This document shows positions 57,073 through 64,000 of a stretch of 64,000 bases of DNA, piece after piece. The notes beneath the pieces are model-generated. The model was given only the letters and a program-made list of their open reading frames with translations. It searched no databases and was not told the DNA's origin. Position 1 is the first letter of the stretch; every line of letters starts with the position of its first letter. This stretch comes from Candidatus Poriferihabitaceae bacterium (GTDB taxonomy: Bacteria; Pseudomonadota; Gammaproteobacteria; Arenicellales; Poriferihabitantaceae). Position numbers and translations under genes: made by a program. The stretch lies in assembly GCA_965206445.1 (NCBI GenBank), contig CBDBJR010000002.1:520719-584718 (forward strand). Reading direction: 5' to 3'.

Positions 57073-58728
<1,656 letters not shown>

Positions 58729-58732
58729 CCGC

Positions 58733-59524
58733 TTAGCGGCGGCAGGCGACCGGATATTGCGCGCTGTCCAGCGCCTGGCCCTGTTGCAGCGTGGGGTTGG
58801 TGATCCTGGGGTTGACCTCGGCGCTGGTGTGGTAGGTGGCGCCGTCGCCGGCATAGCGCACCGCGTAGCCTCGCCGGATACCGCCCGATCGATTCGCACG
58901 CGCCCCATGCACGACCAGCGCGTCGAATACCAGCACATCGCCGGGCGCCATCTCCCAGCACAGGATGGTGTGTTGACCGCGTTCGGCTTCGAAGTCGGGC
59001 AGCGGCTCAAACAGGGCGTCGGTGCCGGCATAAACGGCGTCGACGCTGCCGTCGTTTTGCGTCATAAAAGGCTGAAACCACCGATTCCATCGGTGCGACC
59101 CGGCAATAAACTCAAGCGCCCCCGATTCAAATTTGACCGCATCCAGCGCCAGCCACACGCTAATCACCGGACCGCCGCGCACCGGCCAGTAGGGCAGGTC
59201 GTTGTGCCAGGGGGTGGCGGGGCCGGCGGCTGCTTTTGCAAACACCTGGTCGTAGAGCAGATTGACCTTGCTTGACCGCATCAGCATCGCGGCCAGTTGT
59301 GCCGCTGTCGAATCGAGGCAATAGTCGCGGCACACCGGGTCGTATTCCCACACCCGCTGCCGCCGGAAATAGTTTTCCGATTGCGCGCAGGCGGCATCGA
59401 CCGAATCCCGCAGCGCGGCTACGACTGCATCGGCGATCACCGCTTCGAGCCGTATCGCGCCGTCGCGTTCGAATGCCGCCAGAGTAGATCGGTCGACCCG
59501 ACCGGCGACGCTATGTTTTCCCAT
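58733..59524 (-). CDS. Phytanoyl-CoA dioxygenase (PhyH) family oxygenase
   Basis: WHND (HxD) motif. The start is set at ATG 59524 (MGKHSVAG); the longer upstream extension of the ORF overlaps the next gene. Confidence 0.7.
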   Translation of the reverse strand: MGKHSVAGRVDRSTLAAFERDGAIRLEAVIADAVVAALRDSVDAACAQSENYFRRQRVWEYDPVCRDYCLDSTAAQLAAMLMRSSKVNLLYDQVFAKAAAGPATPWHNDLPYWPVRGGPVISVWLALDAVKFESGALEFIAGSHRWNRWFQPFMTQNDGSVDAVYAGTDALFEPLPDFEAERGQHTILCWEMAPGDVLVFDALVVHGARANRSGGIRRGYAVRYAGDGATYHTSAEVNPRITNPTLQQGQALDSAQYPVACRR

Positions 59525-60155
59525 CAGCAGCACTCTCCGATTGGCTGGTCTGCACGGCGGACACATCGTCGGATTCCCCGTCCGGCCGAATCCCCAGCGC
59601 GTTGATAAACCGCACCCAATAGGCGAAGCAGGAGGTCGCCTGCACCGCCTCGAGAATTTCCGTATCGTCGGCGCCGGCTGTGCGCAGGGCGTTGATATCC
59701 TGTTCGCGCATCGACTCGGGTGCGCGGCATAACCGGGCGCCGTATTGCAACAATGCCGCCTGCTTCCCGGTAAACAGCGCGCGGTCGTCAAAGCAATCTT
59801 CACGCACCGCTTGCAGCATGGCATCGGCCTTGTGCGCATCACCCAGCAGGGCTTTGAAGTTGGCGCCGTGGTTGCGTAGCGCGTAGTCGCAATCGGCGAT
59901 AATAGCCGCCTGGCTGGCGAGCAGTTCGAGCAGCCACGGCGGCGAGTGGTTGTTTTTATTATGCAGCACATCCCGATAATGCCGATCAGCGGCAATCAGC
60001 GGCTGCGGCTGCAACGAAAAAGCGCGGTAGAGATTATGCAGCTTGTTATGTGCCGCGCCGACCTGCCGATACATTACCAGCAATGCCGCCGACGCCTGTT
60101 CGGGTTCGATGGTCTCTATCCAGCAGGGGGATGAGATTTTGCCGCTCTTTGTCAT
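59511..60155 (-). CDS. Carboxymuconolactone decarboxylase (CMD/AhpD-like) family, peroxidase-related protein
   Basis: 214 aa. A two-CMD-repeat layout and the blocks LLELLASQAAIIADCDYALRNH resemble peroxidase-related CMD proteins. Confidence 0.6.
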   Translation of the reverse strand: MTKSGKISSPCWIETIEPEQASAALLVMYRQVGAAHNKLHNLYRAFSLQPQPLIAADRHYRDVLHNKNNHSPPWLLELLASQAAIIADCDYALRNHGANFKALLGDAHKADAMLQAVREDCFDDRALFTGKQAALLQYGARLCRAPESMREQDINALRTAGADDTEILEAVQATSCFAYWVRFINALGIRPDGESDDVSAVQTSQSESAADGKT

Positions 60156-60541
60156 GGCTTGATGGCGGTGGTAGCGTTGATACGGCGGACGCTGATGCTC
60201 GGCCCCTGCTATCGATCTGCTCGGATTTCAGGTGCGCCGCAATCAGTCGACCGCCTTGTTTTTTGGCAATCGGAACCTCGCCCAACGGTGTCGAAAACCG
60301 AGCTGTGCGCAACGGCGGTGCCGTGAGTTTGCCAGAAGTGCAGGGTTTGCATTCGTCATTGAGCATGAGCGTTAATTGACCAACGATACCTGATCCGGGC
60401 GACTCGGTAAACCCTTTTTATCCGGCAGCTGATGTGCTGGATTTACATGGCTTCTCCTCCTGGGTTCAGGAATGACCTCAAGCGCCCGCCCTACGGTACC
60501 CTAAGTGTATTCCAGCATAATCTACTGCGGTCAATATTTAT

Positions 60542-60570
60542 TTGCTAATCTCGTTCCTATTGGCGATAAT
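60542..60570 (+). promoter_or_regulatory. Candidate sigma70 promoter of the ParB/SNF2 island
   Basis: -35 TTGCTA (60542-60547), 17-nt spacer, -10 GATAAT (60565-60570). It lies ~105 nt upstream of ATG 60677. Confidence 0.3.
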
Positions 60571-60676
60571 AAAAGCAGTGCTGAAATTCAGGTAGCTGAT
60601 TGGGTTTTTCACCTAATCTGTATTATGATCTGGACCAAGCGTTATTCATCATTTGATACATGTTTTCGGAGGGAAA

Positions 60677-61717
60677 ATGGACGAAAATCACACGATGTTG
60701 GGTGTCGAAAAGATAGATTTTGACACTGAAAATCCAAGAATAAAAATGGCTTTGGAGAAGTATGGCGAACAATTGAATGCAGATCGCATTCATTTCGCAT
60801 TGCGTTCGGCTACTGAAAACGGAGCAAGAGGCACTTCTTCATACAATGGGCTTAAAGATTCCATCCTTGCCAGCGGTCGTATAGTAACTCCAATCACTGT
60901 CGTAAAGAAAGACGATAAGTATGTCTGTATTGATGGAAATACCAGGCTTGCTATCTACAAACAGTTTATTAGAGAAAAAACCTTAGGGGATTGGTCGGAG
61001 ATCAAAGCGATAGTCTTGAACAATGCCAGCCCACGCGATATAGAGACAATTCGTGTTTCCGCTCATCTCGTTGGCTCCAGGCAATGGCCTGCCTATGAGA
61101 AAGCGAGATATCTTCATCATCTCCGCAACCAGCAGTTGATGGACTATGGTGAAATGATCGCATTATGTGGTGGCAATAGAGTCGACATAGAACGGCAGAT
61201 TGACGCTTACCATGACATGAATGAATATTATCGTGATGTGGTTGATGACTCGGCGTTTAGGATGGAACGGTATAGCGGTTTTGTTGAGCTCCAAAAACCA
61301 CAGATCAAGGAAGCCATATTCGAAGTCGGTTTAGACCTGAAAGATTTTGGGGAATGGATTCGTGATGGCAAAATATATCGACTGGACACTGTAAGGCAGT
61401 TGCCCAGAGTTCTCCGGGATGACGAAGCAAGGAATACATTTCTTAATGGTGGTCCTCGGTCTATAGAGAGTGCTATCAGGTTGCTTGATCAACGGCGGTC
61501 GGAAAATGAACGTGACGGAACAATCGATAATATAACGCTAGAGAATGCATCTATATATCATCTGGCAAAGGTTCTTACACAGCGTATCAACAGTTTTCCT
61601 CTTGAAGAATTAGATGCTCTAAGGAAAAAGGAACGCGAAGATTCTGTAGAACAGATAGGTGTACTAGAGAATTTGTCTGCGCGTTTGCATATTTTGATCG
61701 AAAATGTCTCAGAGTGA
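60677..61717 (+). CDS. ParB/Sulfiredoxin-like N-terminal domain protein
   Basis: ENPR ... L.DSI...G.I.TPI.V......Y.CIDGNTRLA pattern of the ParB-like nuclease/NTPase domain. RBS ggaggg. AT-rich. Confidence 0.6.
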   Translation: MDENHTMLGVEKIDFDTENPRIKMALEKYGEQLNADRIHFALRSATENGARGTSSYNGLKDSILASGRIVTPITVVKKDDKYVCIDGNTRLAIYKQFIREKTLGDWSEIKAIVLNNASPRDIETIRVSAHLVGSRQWPAYEKARYLHHLRNQQLMDYGEMIALCGGNRVDIERQIDAYHDMNEYYRDVVDDSAFRMERYSGFVELQKPQIKEAIFEVGLDLKDFGEWIRDGKIYRLDTVRQLPRVLRDDEARNTFLNGGPRSIESAIRLLDQRRSENERDGTIDNITLENASIYHLAKVLTQRINSFPLEELDALRKKEREDSVEQIGVLENLSARLHILIENVSE

Positions 61718-62150
61718 TGTGCATAGAGACTTGGTATTTCAGGTCGCTAAAGAAATTGAATCACGTTATCCGCACATTTCTCTCATCACCGATGTGCAAC
61801 ATAGTCCAGGCGGCGATGTACCTCCAATAATTGATGGATTCCGTCCCGATGTGTATGCCATACAATCAATGGGTCATCCTTTGATTATCATTGCAGAAGC
61901 AAAGACCGACAATGATCTTGATAATCAACATGCCGATGACCAATTATCTGCTTTCATCAGTTATCTTGAACGAAGGGAGAATGGAGCTTTCATCTTGTCT
62001 GTAACTGGTCGTAGAGCCGACCATGCAAAGACTGTACTGCGATTTTTGAATCGTAGTATCAATGTGAAAGGCACAATACTGTCTGTATTTGATGGTTGTG
62101 ATCTCTGGTTCTTGGACTCAATTTCGGGTGTCAAATGGCATTTAAGCTAA
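61704..62150 (+). CDS. PD-(D/E)xK restriction-endonuclease-fold protein
   Basis: 148 aa with GFRPDVYA ... LIIIAEAKT, i.e. a PD...ExK core. It overlaps both neighbouring genes. Confidence 0.5.
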   Translation: MSQSDVHRDLVFQVAKEIESRYPHISLITDVQHSPGGDVPPIIDGFRPDVYAIQSMGHPLIIIAEAKTDNDLDNQHADDQLSAFISYLERRENGAFILSVTGRRADHAKTVLRFLNRSINVKGTILSVFDGCDLWFLDSISGVKWHLS

Positions 62151-63613
62151 GAAAGCCACCTGTTCTGGTTTCCAAACATGAGGCTTACCCGTATCAGCTT
62201 GATGCTGTGCGGGCAGTACAGTCGTTACCTTACGCTGCAATATTCCATGAGCAAGGGCTAGGTAAAACAAAGATCGCAGCCGATCTAATGCTGCTTTGGC
62301 TGGATGAAGATGTAGTTGACACGGTGTTTGTCGTTGTAAAAAAGACCTTGGTTCAAAACTGGGTGGATGAACTGGCATCACACTCCTATGTTACACCTAG
62401 AGTTCTATCTGCTAATCGACGGGGAAACAGCGTTGCGCTAAATTCACCTGTGCTGATTTACGTAATGAATTATGAGGTTATATCAACAAATTTTGATCTC
62501 ATACGTGAGTTTTTGACCACGTGCCGAGTAGCGGCTTTCCTTGACGAAAGCCAAAAGATTAAAAATCCTGACTCACAGCTTTCACGCTGTTTCCATTCTT
62601 TAGCAAGCGGATTCACACGACGCATCATTATGACTGGAACTCCTGTAGCTAATCGACCTTACGATATCTGGTCTCAGATTAGGTTTCTTGACAATGGAGA
62701 CACATTTGGTGATTCGTTCTCTGAATTCAAAGACTCACTTGATCTTCCTCCTGATTTTACCAATACTTCAGACTATGGGTTGCGACTAGCTGATGTTATG
62801 GATAGGATTAAAAACTTTTCCATACGTGAAACCAAGAATTCGGTGAGCCTTGAGCTTCCGAATAAAACCATCCTGACTCATTTAGTCGAGCTTGCCCCTC
62901 GGCAGTCTGCTATTTACACTTCATATCGGGACGAGATGGCTTATGAATTAAAAAACGACAAGCAACATATTATTGACGACGCAGAAGATATTTTAAAGCG
63001 TTTATTACGTCTTGTACAGTGTGCTTCCAATCCTGCTCTCGTGGACCGACTCTATGACGAGCTCCCCGGCAAATATCCCAAGCTGGTTGAGTTGCTGGAA
63101 AGAATTGATATTCAATCATACAAGGCAATTATATGGACTGGATTTGTGAGCAACGTCGAATGGTTAAGCCAAATGCTGGATCAATACGCGCCACAAAAGA
63201 TTCATGGGCACATGCCTGTTTTTAGCCGAAACGAGTCAATCAGAAGATTTAAAGAAGATGATGGCTGTCGAATTTTACTGGCTACACCCGGAGCCGCGAA
63301 GGAAGGATTGACTTTGACAGTTGCGAATCATGCAATATTTTATGATCGTGGATTCAGTCTTGATGACTATATTCAAGCGCAAGACAGAATTCACAGAATT
63401 TCACAAACTGATGAGTGTTTCGTACACAATATTATTGCTAAAGGCACCATTGATGAATGGATAGATATACTACTTAATGCCAAGTATCAGGCGGCACAGT
63501 TGATGCAAGGTGATATATCACGCGAAACGTTTGATGCAACTTTTAGGTGTGACTTGTCCGAAGCATTGACACAAATACTTTCACCCACAGAACCTATCCA
63601 GATAATGCACTAA
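62135..63613 (+). CDS. SNF2-family helicase/ATPase
   Basis: Motif I EQGLGKTK, motif II FLDESQKIKN, TGTPVANR, and helicase C motifs (LLATPGAAKEGLTLT, QAQDRIHRISQ). Confidence 0.8.
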   Translation: MAFKLRKPPVLVSKHEAYPYQLDAVRAVQSLPYAAIFHEQGLGKTKIAADLMLLWLDEDVVDTVFVVVKKTLVQNWVDELASHSYVTPRVLSANRRGNSVALNSPVLIYVMNYEVISTNFDLIREFLTTCRVAAFLDESQKIKNPDSQLSRCFHSLASGFTRRIIMTGTPVANRPYDIWSQIRFLDNGDTFGDSFSEFKDSLDLPPDFTNTSDYGLRLADVMDRIKNFSIRETKNSVSLELPNKTILTHLVELAPRQSAIYTSYRDEMAYELKNDKQHIIDDAEDILKRLLRLVQCASNPALVDRLYDELPGKYPKLVELLERIDIQSYKAIIWTGFVSNVEWLSQMLDQYAPQKIHGHMPVFSRNESIRRFKEDDGCRILLATPGAAKEGLTLTVANHAIFYDRGFSLDDYIQAQDRIHRISQTDECFVHNIIAKGTIDEWIDILLNAKYQAAQLMQGDISRETFDATFRCDLSEALTQILSPTEPIQIMH

Positions 63614-63624
63614 GGAGAAATCAT

Positions 63625-64000
63625 ATGAAACAGATGACAATTTTAGGTGAAACTATCGGTATTAGTGATGATTACATCAACATACATGAACTCAAGTTTC
63701 TGAAAGATAACCCCAGGGTTTATGCCTGTACGCATGGAGAACCGGGATTCGAAGATTTACCCGATGAAGAACAACAGGATATCATATATAAAAAGCTTTT
63801 AGATGAGCCCAGTGTGAAAAATTTACTGCCAGAGATAAAACGACATGGCGGCCTTATGGAGTCCATATTAATCCGTCTTGACACAATGGAGGTTATTGAA
63901 GGCAATTCGCGTTTGGCTGTTTATCTCAAGCTGCATAGTGACCCCAAAGAAAACGATGAGTGGAGCCTTATCCCCTGCGACATAGCAAGTAGTCTGACAG
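63625..64000 (+). CDS. Second ParB-like domain protein (partial; runs off the window)
   Basis: RBS aaggag, then ATG 63625. DNPRV ... ESILIRLDTMEVIEGNSRLAVY parallels the 60677 product. The frame is open to the window end. Confidence 0.55.
   Translation, partial: MKQMTILGETIGISDDYINIHELKFLKDNPRVYACTHGEPGFEDLPDEEQQDIIYKKLLDEPSVKNLLPEIKRHGGLMESILIRLDTMEVIEGNSRLAVYLKLHSDPKENDEWSLIPCDIASSLT

Overview
GC-rich, proteobacterial-type chromosomal segment. The backbone is transport and metabolism: MFS transporters, a DctPQM-type TRAP system, a TAXI-TRAP system, panB plus a GntR regulator, two PhyH-type dioxygenases, a CysNC-like protein plus sulfotransferase, trhO, a Na/Pi symporter, a class III aminotransferase, and an MttB-family methyltransferase with a peptide-type ABC importer. 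Several visibly AT-richer accessory insertions interrupt it.

The main insertion spans about 16.3-35.05 kb and ends at a tRNA-Ser(CGA) gene. It is a type I R-M operon (hsdM ... hsdS ... hsdR) packed with extra defence cargo:
- Between hsdM and hsdS: a DUF262 protein with a small Rx4H (HEPN-like) partner, a KAP P-loop NTPase and a TM/zinc-ribbon protein. These are separated by hsdS 5' stubs and a copy of the hsdM 3' end.
- Between hsdS and hsdR: a 1194-aa two-HEPN Cas13a-like gene (type VI-A). It has two CRISPR arrays (14 and 8 copies of a 36-nt repeat) that sit in a tandem segmental duplication, followed by a macro-domain gene.
- No cas1/cas2 is visible in the window.

Other accessory modules:
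- A HipA-like kinase plus HIRAN cassette flanked by ~335-bp direct repeats of an MFS gene 3' end.
- An ABC-type ATPase plus small TOPRIM-like protein pair.
- A degraded helicase-nuclease gene at the left edge.
- An AT-rich island at the right edge encoding ParB-like / PD-(D/E)xK / SNF2 / ParB-like proteins.

Non-coding structure: a dispersed REP-like palindrome family, a 77-bp x3 tandem repeat tied to a duplicated APS-kinase 3' end, a two-hairpin element with covarying stems, and several short tandem repeat arrays.

All calls come from reading the ORF translations and the DNA by eye. No database search was run.
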